Shown here: positions 24,797 to 37,415 of the stretch, one piece after another
Layout of the letters: each line of letters begins with the position of its first letter
How positions within the stretch are numbered: the first letter of the stretch is position 1
Source: Octopus sinensis
Taxonomy: Eukaryota
Length of the DNA stretch: 64,000 nt
NCBI RefSeq assembly: GCF_006345805.1
Contig: NC_043012.1
Coordinates: 27,652,001 to 27,716,000 of the forward strand
Direction of reading: 5' to 3'
The notes under the pieces: model-generated
The model's database searches: none
Seen by the model: the letters and a program-made list of their open reading frames with translations, nothing else
What the model was told of the DNA's origin: nothing
Position numbers and translations under genes: made by a program

Positions 24797-27700
24797 GGGG
24801 CACTTGCCTTTAATGTTGGTGAAAAGAAAGAGGCTTGGAGAAGCCATTATGAAAGACTGCTGAATGTGGAGAATGAATGGGAGGAGGAGAGCCTGCCAAA
24901 TGTTGACCCAGTAGAGGGACCAGCTATCCGAATAGACGGCTCCCTAGTAGATAAAGCAATTAAGGATATGAAACTGGGTAAAGCCCCCGGCCCATCAGGA
25001 ATCACTGCTGAGATGCTTAAAACAGCTGGTTATGCGGGCTATGGCCTAGTCACCCGTATTGTTAACCAGGTAGTTCATAATGGAGTCATACCCAATGACT
25101 GGCGTAGCAGCACCATAGTCAACTGCTACAAGGGTAAGGGTGATGCTCTAGATAGAAATAACTACAGGGGTATTAAACTGTTGGATCAGGTGATGAAGAC
25201 CACAGAGAGAGTCATAACCCATCTCATTAGGGAGAGAATTCGCTTAGATGAGATGCAGTTTGGTTTTGTGCCAGGTAGAAGCACCACTGATGCTATATTC
25301 CTGGTCCGACAACTGCAGGAGAAGTACCTAGCTAAAGACAAATCCCTCTACATAGCTTTTGTGGACTTGGAGAAAGCCTTTGACAGGGTTCCCCGATCCC
25401 TTATCTGGTGGTCGATGCGGAAACTGTTGATTGACGAATGGCTAATAAGGGCTGTACAGGCTCTATACAGAGAGGCTGTCAGCAAGGTTAGGATTGGCAA
25501 CGAATATAGTGAAGAATTCCGGGTAGAAGTAGGTGTACACCAGGGCTCAGCTCTCGGTCCCCTTTTATTCATCATAGTCCTCCAGGCAATAACAGAGGAA
25601 TTTAAAACAGGTTGCCCCTGGGAGCTCCTCTATGCTGATGACCTGGCCCTCATAGCAGAATCACTACCGGAACTAAAAAAAGAAATTTCGGGTGTGGAAA
25701 CAAGGGTTAGAATCTAAGGGCCTTAGAGTAAATGTAGTGAAGACCAAAGTTATAGTATGCAGAAAGGTGAACTCAGCACACACCCCATCGGGCAAGTGGC
25801 CCTGCTCGAGCTGTAGGAAAGGTGTAGGTAGAAACTCCATAAGATGCACCTAGTGTAAGCTATGGACGCATAAGAGGTGCAGCAACATCAAAGGGAAATT
25901 AACTGATAAGATAGCTTTCATGTGTGGCAGATGCACAGGGACAATAGACACCACAGACACTCAAAAAACAGATTCCATCACACTCCAGGGGAAGAAACTA
26001 GAAGTAGTTGATAGTTTCCGCTACCTGGGTGACCAAGTTAGTAGTGGGGGTGGATGCTCAGAGAGTGTCACCACTAGAATACGAATAGCCTGGGCAAAGT
26101 TTAGAAAGCTCCTACCCCTACTGGCGACAAAGGGTCTCTCACTCAGAGTGAAAGGTAGATTGTATGATGCATGTGTGCGAACTGCCATGCTTCACGGCAG
26201 TGAAACATGGGCCATGACTGCAGAGGACATGCGTAGACTTGAAAGAAATGAAGCTAGCATGATCCGCTGGATGTGTAATGTCAGTGTGAATGCACGACAG
26301 AGTGTAAGCACCCTGAGAGAAATGCTAGGCATAAGAAGCATCAGATGCGGTGTGCAAGGGCGACGCTTGCGATGGTATGGTCATGTACAGCGGATGGATG
26401 AGGAGAGATGTGTGAAGAAGTGCCACTCCCGAACAGTTGAAGGAATCAGGGGGAGAGGTAGAGCCAGGAAGACATGGGATGAGGTAGTCAAGCATGACCT
26501 CAGAGCGTTGGGCCTCACTGAGGCAATGGCGAAGGACCGAGATCTCTGGAGATGTGCTGTGACTACTAAGACCCGGGATGCTTCCGGCACCAGTTCCGCA
26601 TAACCCCTGCCCATCCAAAGTACTTTGGATCCCGGAACATCTCGCTGTGCTTGAGGAGACCTGTCGAGTCAAGTGCATATACATGAACATCGAACCAAAT
26701 ATCAATGGAAACAGTAGCTGTGATACCTGTGCCGGTGACACATAAAAAGCACCATCCGAACGTGGCCGATGCCAGCATCGCCTCGACTGGCTTCTGTGCC
26801 GGTGGCACATAAAAAGCACCAACCGATCGTAGGATCCCGGAACATCTCGCTGTGCTTGAGGAGACCTGTCGAGTCAAGTGCATATACATGAACATCGAAC
26901 CAAATATCAATGGAAACAGTAGTTGTGATACCTGTGCCGGTGGCACATAAAAAGCACCATCCGAACGTGGCCGATGTCAGCACCGCCTTGACTGGCTTCT
27001 GTGCCGGTGGCACATAAAAAGCACCATCCAAACGTGACCGGTGCCAACCCTGCCTCGAATGGCTTCTGTGCCGGTGGCACATGAACATCGAACCAAATAT
27101 CAATGGAATCAGTAGTTGTGATACCTGTGCCGGTGACACATAAAGAGCACCATCCGAATGTGGCCGTTGCCAGTGCAGCCTCCACTGGCTTCTGTGCCGG
27201 TGGCACATAAAAAGCACCATCCGAACGTGACCGATGCCAACCCTGCCTCGAATGGCTCCTGTGCCGGTGGCACATAAAAAGCACCATCCGAACGTGGCTG
27301 ATGCCAGCACCGCCTGACTGGCTTCTGTATGGCACATAAAAAGCACCATCCGAGCGTGGCAGACGCCAGCACCGCCCCGACTGGCTTCTGTGCCGGTGGC
27401 ACATAAAAAGTACCAACCGATCGTGGGATCCCGGAACATCTCGCTGTGCTTGAGGAGACCTGTTGGGTCAAGTGCATGTACATGAACATCGAACCAAATA
27501 TCAATGGAAACAGTAGTTGTGATACCTGTGCCGGTGATACATAAAAAGCACCATCTGAACGAGTGCAGCCTCCACTGGCTTCTGTGCCGATGGCACATGA
27601 ACATCGAACCAAATATCAATGGAAACAGTAGTTGTGATACCTGTGCCGGTGACACATAAAAAGCACCATCTGAACGAGTGCAGCCTCCACTGGCTTCTGT

Positions 27701-28709
27701 GCCGATGGCACATGAACATCGAACCAAATATCAATGGAATCAGTAGTGTGATACCTGTGCCGGTGACACATAAAAAGCACCATCTGAACGAGTGCAGCCT
27801 CCACTGGCTTCTGTGCCGATGGCACATGAACATCGAACCAATATCAATGGAAACAGTAGTTGTGATACCTGTGCCGGTGACACATAAAAAGCACCATCTG
27901 AATGAGTGCAGCCTCCACTGGCTTCTGTGCCGATGGCACATGAACATCGAACCAAATATCAATGGAAACAGTAGTTGTGATACCTGTGCCGGTGACACAT
28001 AAAAAGCACCATCTGAACGAGTGCAGCCTCCACTGGCTTCTGTGCCGATGGCACATGAACATCGAACCAAATATCAATGGAAACAGTAGTTGTGATACCT
28101 GTGCCGGTGACACATAAAAAGCACCATCTGAACGAGTGCAGCCTCCACTGGCTTCTGTGCCGATGGCACATGAACATCGAACCAAATATCAATGGAAACA
28201 GTAGTTGTGATACCTGTGCCGGTGACACATAAAAAGCACCATCTGAACGAGTGCAGCCTCCACTGGCTTCTGTGCCGATGGCACATGAACATCGAACCAA
28301 ATATCAATGGAAACAGTAGTTGTGATACCTGTGCCTGTGACACATAAAAAGCACCATCCGAACGTGGCCGTTGCCAGTGCAGCTTCCACTGGCTTCTGTG
28401 CCGGTGGCACATAAAAAGCACCATCCGAACGTGGCCGATGCCAGCACCGCCTTGACTGGCTTCTGTGCCGGTGGCACATAAAAAAGCACCAACCAATCGT
28501 GGCCAATGCCAGACCCCTCTGGCTCCTGTGCAGGTGGCACGTAAAAAGCACCCACTACACTCGCGGAGTGGTTGGCGTTAGGAAGGGCATCCAGCTGTAG
28601 AAACACTGCCAGATCAGACTGGAGCCTGGGGCAGCCCCTGGCTCCCCAGACCCCGGTTGAACCGTCCAACCCGTGCTAGCGCGGAAAACGGACGTTAAAC
28701 GATGATGAT
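24797..28709 (+). mobile_element. RTE-clade LINE, 5'-truncated, with expanded repetitive 3' UTR and (GAT)n tail
   Basis: RT motifs (KAPGPSGI, NYRGIKLL, FVDLEKAFDRV, GVHQGS, YADD); frameshift near 25680, TAG at 25851, ORF ends 26603; ends ttaaacgatgatgat. Confidence 0.92.
26690..28560 (+). repeat. Tandem array in RTE 3' UTR, including seven near-identical 114-115 bp units (27492-28294)
   Basis: Unit starts at 27492, 27607, 27722, 27836, 27950, 28065, 28180, 28295; core hairpin tgtgcc-ggt-ggcaca. Confidence 0.93.
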
Positions 28710-29557
28710 ATAGTTAGAGTTGCCTTCTCCAACATAAAGAATCTTTCACAAATTATATCTTCTCACAGTACCAATCTCTATATTATAAATCTGAAATGCG
28801 AAAAGTTTGTTTGTTTGTTTGGTTTTGGCATTGAGAACGGGTTAAAGGCCAAAATTTACAGGGACATGTAAAATGAGGTGAGGATGCCAGTGGGCTAGGT
28901 TAGAAATCGCTATCTTAAAAGGTGTCGTTGCTAGGGCCAAAAACGCACTTTGACAAGTCTACTCTCATTCTTTTATGTATCTGTCTTCCTCTGTCACTCA
29001 CTCTTTCCTCCCTTCCCATTACTTTCTATATATAATGTCGTTTCATGGCGTCTAACTCCCTTACCTTCACTTTCTCTTTATAACGTCGTGTCACGGCGTT
29101 CTATATCTCCCCCCTCCCCGCCTTCGGCAGCGCTTTCACACTCTCTCTCTCTTTGTCTGTCTGCATTCATAGACAGAATTTTCATCGCCACCACCACCAC
29201 CACGCAATCATGAGAACAAATATTATGAATCAGATATTTATTGGGTTAATTTATATATATGTGTGTGTGTGTTCTATATATAAATATGTATATCAAAATT
29301 TTTAATACTTTTTGATAGTTATATATATTTTTAAAAAAAATTATAAATATAAATTAATAATTTAAATTTTAAATTTAAATAATTTCAATTTTTAAATTTT
29401 ATATTTTATATATTTTGTATATTATATTTTTATTTTTATGTTTTCGTTTATGTTTTTCACTGTTTGATTTGCCTAATAGTGGTTTTATCTCTAATTTAAT
29501 TTATATATATATATATATATATACATATATAATTTGTATACATTTGTATATATAATG

Positions 29558-29597
<40 letters not shown>

Positions 29598-29628
29598 ATG
29601 CGTATATATATATATATATATATATATA

Positions 29629-30030
29629 GGCGCAGGAGTGGCTGTGTGGTAAGTAGGTTGCTAACCAACCACATGGTTCCGGGTTCAGTCTCACTGCGTG
29701 GCATCTTGGGCAAGTGTCTTCTGCTATAGCCCCAGGCCGACCAATGCCTTGTGAGTGGATTCGGTAGACGGAAACTGAAAGAAGCCTGTCGTATATATGT
29801 ATATATATGTATGTGTGTGTTTGTGTGTCTGTGTTTGTCCCCCTAGCATTGCTTGACAACCGATGCTGGTGTGTTTGTGTCCCCGTCACTTAGCGGTTCG
29901 GCAAAAGAGACCGATAGAATAAGTACTGGGCTTACAAAGAATAAGTCCCGGGGTCGATTTGCTCGACTAAAGGGGGTGCTCCAGCATGGCTGCAGTCAAA
30001 TGACTGAAACAAGTAAAAGAGTAAAGAGAG
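29629..30030 (+). mobile_element. tRNA-derived SINE, full length, preceded by a TA/CA microsatellite
   Basis: Near-identical to 12372-12780. Confidence 0.9.
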
Positions 30031-32499
30031 ATATATATATATAATGTGTGCATTATGTGGTCGGTTGTGCTGAAAATATGCACACCTATGTTAAAAGTGC
30101 TGGCGAGTTTGCATGGCAACTATTTTTTTCCTCAAATGAAAGGCATGACCTCTAGGACAAAATTCCTCATCTTATAAAATGTGATCCGAGTAGACCCGAA
30201 TGAAATCAGGTTGTATTAACCAAAATGTGAAAAGAGGTCTAAATGGGGCTTGAAGGGGATTAAAATTTACAGGAGTGGGTGTTTAGGAATTCTCTGTTAC
30301 ATGAAGCTAAAAAATTTGCGCCAGCCTTTAAATCGTCAATGTGTTGCCGTCCATGATGAAGAAGTTTTGAAAGCTTGCCATGGTGAGTCTACTGTCGTGA
30401 GAAAGAATCACTTCAAAGCTTGGTGTTTAGGAATTTTCTTTTAAATCAAGTTCAAAATTTTACGCCAGCCGTTAAACTGCCACTACATTACTGTCCGTCG
30501 TTAAGAAATGCCAGCCATGGTGACTCTACTATCCTCAGATTCTATCCTTTCAAACTTTGGTTTCCAATATTTTTTTATTTTCCAGCAGACATATCCCTTT
30601 TTTTTTTCTATGGCATTAGTCATGTTTTTAAGGCATATTCTAGTTGAGAAAAAAAAATCAAGAGTTATGAGTTGTTGATGCATATTTAACAATAACAAGT
30701 TGTCATTTTTCAAATGTTCTGTTTCAAAGGAAGTTGTTTGTCTAGATTAGGAATTTGTCAAGAAAATATTTACATGTCTCTCAATTCTTAATAAAAAAAA
30801 TATTGGAATCCATTTTAGGATTGGTAAATTTTTATGTTTGGTACTTGCCAAAATATTCTAAAATGATTTTCATTGAAACCTTGAATTTGTACCTAAAGAC
30901 AATTGATAATTTAAAAAGTGCCTTTGTGGAAAATTCAGTTGTGAAGATATTTGATTCTAGCTAAGATGTGATATTGACAATTGGTACTTAGAGATAGTCT
31001 ATGTGAGAAATTTTGTGGCTGGATAAGGCTGCTATATTCATCAAGGAAGTTAACTACTGATGAATTTAATATTGACATGGAAGCTTTTAGTAATTGTGTG
31101 TGTGTGTCTTACTTGTCATTTTATAATTGGTAGAAAATTCCTGCTTAGATCTGACTGCAAGCAATTTGATTTCATCTCCCTATGAGAAGAAAATGTAAAG
31201 ATACTCCACATTTGAATTTGATATCATTTATGTCTAAAAGACTGCAACTGCAAGATACTTGTTCAGTTAGATAATTTTAGTCTGTAACAAAGCAGGAGTT
31301 TGGATAATGTGGATGTGCTGGAGAACTAATTTTGATAACCTAATTGCAAAAACACTTAGCAAACTCACTTCCAGAATAAAAAGAATGTCAGGGGTGAATG
31401 CACCAATTCTTAAAAACTCGATGAACATATTAAACATAGATTAACTCTGGAAAACAACATTCTACTTGTTTCACCAAAAGTATGCAGGAAGATATGTGCC
31501 CGTCTTTTTTATGCTATTAGTTGTGTGTCTTGATCTGATATACAGTATAATAAATTTTTTTTGCTTTTTAATAATTGGAAATTCTTTGATTCCTTATTTA
31601 CAATATGGTCCCTCATTGACTGCATTCAAAACACTTACAAAACATTCTAGAAACCTGGGAGACATCCATTTATGAAGGTCTGGTGGGTTAGAAAGGTCAG
31701 ATATATTTCTGACTGTATATTTCTGGAAAACCTGCAAAATGGGGAATCAGAGTTTGGAAGATTTGTGAACTGAATGCTGGGTAATGCTTTGGATTAAATT
31801 TTTATACTAGAAAAAGAAATAGTAATGTAAGTTAGCATGGCCTACTGTATGATAAAGTTTGTGAATTATCAATACCATACCCTAACCATATATATTATTT
31901 TTTGACTAATTTTTCACTTCAGTCAAACGTGAAGATTTAGATGCTGTGGTGACATATACATGTGCTATAGCAAGTGGGAAAGAGATACTGTTAGTTGTAA
32001 AAAGAGCAGTATTTAAAAAAAGTGATAAAATAATCCAGTGGCAGAAATGAAATTTGCTAGAAATTGCATGCAGAGATGAGGCAAATCAATTTTCTGTCTA
32101 CCTGGTATCCCATTTGTGATCCTCCAATGTAATTGGCATATTGGTGGTGTAGATTGTTGTATAGTGAAACTGTACACCCCTCCCAGTAAGAAATGGTAGT
32201 AGCCAGCCATTATAAATAGACCAATAGCCGGTTGACAGGAAGAAGGTCAGAAGATCAAGAGTATGTGTAGTCGTGTCTGTGCTGATATAGTAATTATACT
32301 GTGATACTTAGTGGACATTATAATGATCTGGCATTTTGAGTATAAAAACAGTGTACAATTGGGGTGGGGGTGGGTCGTACAATGCCAAATAAAACCATTC
32401 TGTTTGAGGACTTTGAAGTATAACAATATCTGTCAGAGTAACAATTGTCATCAAAAGACAGATACAACAGTGGCAATGAGGAAAAACCAATTAATGCTG

Positions 32500-33444
32500 T
32501 TAGCATATTCCATGGGTTGAGATTATTCTGTGCAATGAACTTGGTATGACAGAGGTTTCTGAATGCTGGGTACTACATCTTTTGACACCTGAACAAAAGT
32601 GCAAGAAGCTGATCCCATGCTGGCAAAATCCGACATTGAGGCAGATCCAACTGGATTCCTTGAACATTTCCTGGTTCAAAGTGATGAACCCAACACTCAT
32701 TCTGGTCTAGGAAATGTTCAAGGAATCCAGCTGGATCTGCCTCAAACAGTGTCAGATTTTCCTGGGACGTGACCAGCTTCGTGTACTTTTGCTCAGGTGT
32801 CAAAAGGCATGGAACCCACCGTTCAGCACAAATGTTGGATTCATCACTTTGAACCAGAGACAAAGTGATAATCCATGCAGTGAAAATACTCCCCTTTACC
32901 TGATCCAAAGAAGGCCGAAGTTTTTTAATCTGCAAGGAAGGTAATGGTTTTAGCTTTTTGGGATGCAAAAGGCATTGTGTTTATTGACTATCTTCAGAAG
33001 GGCCACGCCACCAACGGAGAGTACCATGCCAACATTTTGAGGTAGTTAAGAAAGGCTATGAAGACCAAATGCTCAGGAAATCTTACAAAAAAAGCTCTTG
33101 TTTCATCAGGACAGTACTCCGGTATATCAAGTCCTTGCTTTCAATGGCTTCTGTGACTTTGAACTGGTTGATCACTCTACCTCTTCTCTTTATTTGGCTC
33201 CATCTGACTATCATCTCTTCTCCAACGTGAAAACATACTTGGCTGGGAAACAGCATTGCAGTAATGATATCAGCTGTTGATAACTTTTTACACCAAGAGT
33301 ATGAAGGCTTCTTGACCAGTGGGATCCAAGCACTGCAACACTGATGGAAGAAGAGTGTGGACTATGCTGAAAAATAAATGTCATTTGGTCACATTCTATG
33401 AGAGTATCTTGGTCAGCCTATGAACTTTTCAGTCAACCCTCATA
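32500..33444 (+). pseudogene. Mariner transposase remnant with right TIR and an internal inverted duplication
   Basis: ELGM..S..WV..LLTPEQK, WIHHFEPETK, KVMV..FWDAKG...DYLQKG, LFHQDSTP, YLAPSDYHLF; ends aacttttcagtcaaccctca|TA. Confidence 0.85.
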
Positions 33445-33896
33445 TTTACAGTTCATTTTCTAGTTTCCTTCAGAGATAAATTTCAGTATTACATTTTATT
33501 TTACCTCACGGGAAATCTATCTTGTCTACAATTAAGTTCAACTGGTAATACAGTTATCTGTGTCATACTTCTATATTAAAATTTTGTGATATATTCAATT
33601 GAATATTAGATAAGGACTCACTTTCTATGTTGATTTTTAAACAAAATTTGCATAATGTTGTTGAATTTACCTGTATTTGAGATAAAAATTATGCTATAGA
33701 TTTGGTTAAGAACCTTTTATTAAACTGCATTCTAAATGTCACATATGCAGATAGATAAAGGGTTAGAATTGTTGTATGAAACCAGTCTAAATTCACAATT
33801 ATTTTAGATTTTATTTGAAACACATTGGCTAGAAATATAGTAGTGAAAAAGTTAAGTACACCAAATGAAAATTAAAAATTTTCTTTTCTTTTTTAG

Positions 33897-34067
33897 AAAT
33901 GATTCATAATTTTCCAATATTGTCAGATGATCAATACATTCGCAGCATCCACCAAGTTCTTGTATCAGATGAGCTATGGACCCATCCAGAAGTCAGAGCA
34001 GTTATTAGATTTGCGTGGGCCATGAGCCTTCGCCAGCTGTATATTTCACAGCACTCTTGTGCTCCAG
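33897..34067 (+). CDS. NUP205: NUP205 exon (EMIHNFPILSDDQYIRSIH...VRAVIRFAWAMSLRQLYISQHSCAP), phase 1-1
   Basis: 171 nt, long pyrimidine tract ttttag|AA...CCAG|gtacag; matches MIHQLPLLTEKQYIATIH...LQATVRLAWALALR. Confidence 0.93.
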
Positions 34068-34544
34068 GTACAGTTTCTAGTGTTTTCTCCTTTGTTGAAT
34101 ATGATCATGTCAAGTATTTCTAATTTCAGATTTAAATATAGAATGTGATATTTTCTTATAATGATAAACTTTATCTGTTATATAAAAATTTTTGCTCTAT
34201 TTATTGTTATATTTTTGTGAAGATATAGCATAGAAACTGACAGACATGAAAACTAAGGAAAGCAAATTAAATTGTTATTGAAATCAGGAAGTGCAAGGGA
34301 CTTATTTTCCAGACAGTTTGAAATAGTTAAGTAATTCACTGAATGTAGATAGTTGTGATGCTTTATTGCTGAAAAAAGATCAAATTACAGCAGCATGATA
34401 TGAGCATAATGGTTAAAGGGACAGGGTACACAGAACACATTGTATCCAGTATTGTATTTTGAAAACCCAACTTCATTGCAGAGTCTCATTTAATGACGTT
34501 TCTTTTTATCATTTTGGACAAGATATTTGGTACTTGAATACTTT

Positions 34545-34900
34545 TCTTTTTCTTGTTTCAATCATTATACTACTGCCTTGAATGTTTTGATCAAACAAAT
34601 TGACCCTTGTATTTATTTCCTCTTTCAAGTCTGGTACATATTCTATCAGCCACTTTTTGCTGACCTGTTAAGTTACAGGGATGTAGACTAACTAATACCG
34701 GCTGCCAAGCAGTGGTGGTGGACGGGTGGACACCACACACACACACACACACAGACAGATAGACAGACAGACTTGTTAGAATTTCTATATCCCAATAGTA
34801 TTCACAAGGTTTTGGTTGACCTGAGGCTATTATTTTAGTAGAAATGTAGAAAATTTTAAAATATTTAAATTTTTTTGTCTTTTTCACTTGCATGGGCCTA
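34545..34900 (-). mobile_element. Diverged tRNA-derived SINE
   Basis: Reverse-complement similarity to the SINE tail and centre (ttgtttcaatcatt..., CA tract). Confidence 0.6.
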
Positions 34901-35625
34901 TGAGCACACTCACACACTGAAATAGAATGAAAATCAATAGATGACCATAAATATTTTTCAGTTTCAGCCAGCAGAAGTTAGAAAGTGATTTAAGAGTCAC
35001 AGTTTGGTAGGAATCTATGAAAAGTACCTTGCCATTAGCTCTCAGCCTGTTAGGCATTTGTAAATTCTATTGATGAAAGCTAAAATAATAATGATAATTA
35101 ATGTCTATTTTCCATGTTGGACTGTTTGACAGGATCTGGCAAGCCACAGCATTCTCCTGAGCGCTGATGTCAGGTTTGGTAGGATTTCTACAGTTGGATG
35201 CCATTCCTATCCCTAATCACTTTACAGTGTGTAGTGGGTGCTGTTTTTGTGCTACTGACACTAATGAGGTTTCCAAGTAATTTGCATCACAGGGAAAGAA
35301 AAGGAAAGCCTTTTTGATTAAGTGGTAGGAGTACTTGAGAGGCAGTGGTAGCTTTCTGCTAGAAGTAGGGAGGCCAATGTCTAATAGAAGGACATGTTAG
35401 CTGTCTTGCTATAGGAAAAAGATACATGTGTAGTGTTTAATGCTAATGAGGTGAACAAAGGCGATAGGAATGTGGATGCCTTTGAAGTAAACAAATGAAT
35501 AAATCGATTCATAGTTAAAATAATTTATTCACTGGACTTAATTTGTCGTTGGCACACATAATTCTTCACTGCATACAAAATGTTGACAACTGCTACGAGT
35601 TGCTCGAAATAGAAACAGAGTACAT

Positions 35626-37415
35626 GGCACTGTCATGCCTTTGGGTGTCAGAAGTGAAAGTAGAGAAATCTGACGTCAGACGTCAACTTCGTGTATTTAC
35701 GTCGTCTTTCGTTTATTTACGCCGTTTATTTACGTACCACTGAAATGCAAGTAAAAGCTTGTATGTATGTATATATATATACATACATACACACATATAT
35801 ATAATATACATGTATATATACATATATATATATTTAATACATACATATATATAATATATACATGTATTTTTACCGCCTTTAGTCGCACAAATCGACCCCA
35901 GAACTTATTCTATCGGTCTTTTTTCTTAACCACTATACATTATATACATACATACAGATAGATAGATAGATACACACACACACATATAATAGATATAAAA
36001 TGTGTACGTGTGTACATTTTTCAGAAAAAAATTCATACATTTTAAATATCAATAGCATTTCTCTTATTTTTTACATGAAGTTTTCGAAAAATGAATTTAG
36101 AATGTAAAAATCAAATATATCAAATTAATAAACGCAAATTATTTTCAAATATCATTTTCAACGGTGAGATTATCAAAATATAAACTTGAAGTTAAGTTTA
36201 AAAATAAATGCGATACTCATTCTGTCTTGATACTTATGCTCAAATACATGGATATAGCTGTCGAATTTGTTCTATCAACTTCCCGAATATATCATCCTTA
36301 AATTCATAGCGCCACATGAATTCGATGAGATGGGTCTGAAGTAAATTTCTGGCTGTTCCACATTCTCTCCTATTTCGAGTCTTTACGTGTTTCCATAAAC
36401 ATTCTATGTGGTTGGTTGTGGCAAATGTTACCGGATCAACAAAATTTATGGCAGTTGAAAATCGAACAGCGGACACTCTATTACAGATTATACGCGAGCG
36501 TATATTGCCTGGTACAACAATAATATCCGACCTTTGGCGTTCGTATAATACACTCAGTCAGCTAGGATACAGACATTTGACCGTGAATCATTCTATAAAT
36601 TTTGTTGATCCGGTAACATTTGCCACAACCAACCACATAGAATGTTTATGGAAACACGTAAAGACTCGAAATAGGAGAGAATGTGGAACAGCCAGAAATT
36701 TACTTCAGACCCATCTCATCGAATTCATGTGGCGCTATGAATTTAAGGATGATATATTCGGAAGTTGATAGAACAAATTCGACAGCTATATCCATGTATT
36801 TGAGCATAAGTATCAAGACAGAATGAGTATCGCATTTATTTTTAAACTTAACTTCAAGTTTATATTTTGATAATCTCACCGTTGAAAATGATATTTGAAA
36901 ATAATTTGCGTTTATTAATTTGATATATTTGATTTTTACATTCTAAATTCATTTTTCGAAAACTTCATGTAAAAAATAAGAGAAATGCTATTGATATTTA
37001 AAATGTATGAATTTTTTTCTGAAAAATGTACACACGTACACATTTTATATCTATTATATGTGTGTGTGTGTATCTATCTATCTATCTGTATGTATGTATA
37101 TATGTATAGTGGTTAAGAAAAAAGACCGATAGAATAAGTTCTGGGGTCGATTTGTGCGACTAAAGGCGGTAAAAATACATGTATATATTATATATATGTA
37201 TGTATTAAATATATATATATGTATATATACATGTATATTATATATATGTGTGTATGTATGTATAATATATACATACATACAAGCTTTTACTTGCATTTCA
37301 GTGGTACGTAAATAAACGGCGTAAATAAACGAAAGACGACGTAAATACACGAAGTTGACGTCTGACGTCAGATTTCTCTACTTTCACTTCTGACACCCAA
37401 AGGCATGACAGTGCC
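35626..37415. mobile_element. Palindromic Merlin (IS1595-superfamily) DNA transposon derivative
   Basis: 8-bp TSD GAGTACAT (35618-35625 and 37416-37423); termini GGCAC.../...GTGCC; arms 35626-36449 and 36595-37415; transposase piece NRTADTLLQII..ILPGTTIISDLWRSY...HLTVNHSINFVDP..TTNHIECLW. Confidence 0.9.

Noticed and set aside
26690-28560. CRISPR array
   Set aside because: Spacers are homologous to each other, the array sits in a LINE 3' UTR in a eukaryotic intron, and there are no cas genes
26325-28669. Many repetitive ORFs (MVLFMCHRHR..., MVRCSCAIGTEASGG...)
   Set aside because: Products of the RTE 3'-UTR tandem array, open in several frames on both strands
30278-30560. Diverged 144-bp tandem duplication
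   Set aside because: Real but only two old copies with no interpretable motif; not pursued
36406-36768. Bacterial IS1595 contamination or a functional transposase gene
   Set aside because: Embedded in a eukaryotic intron with SINE and microsatellite content; the N-terminus is lost and the ORF start is the inverted arm
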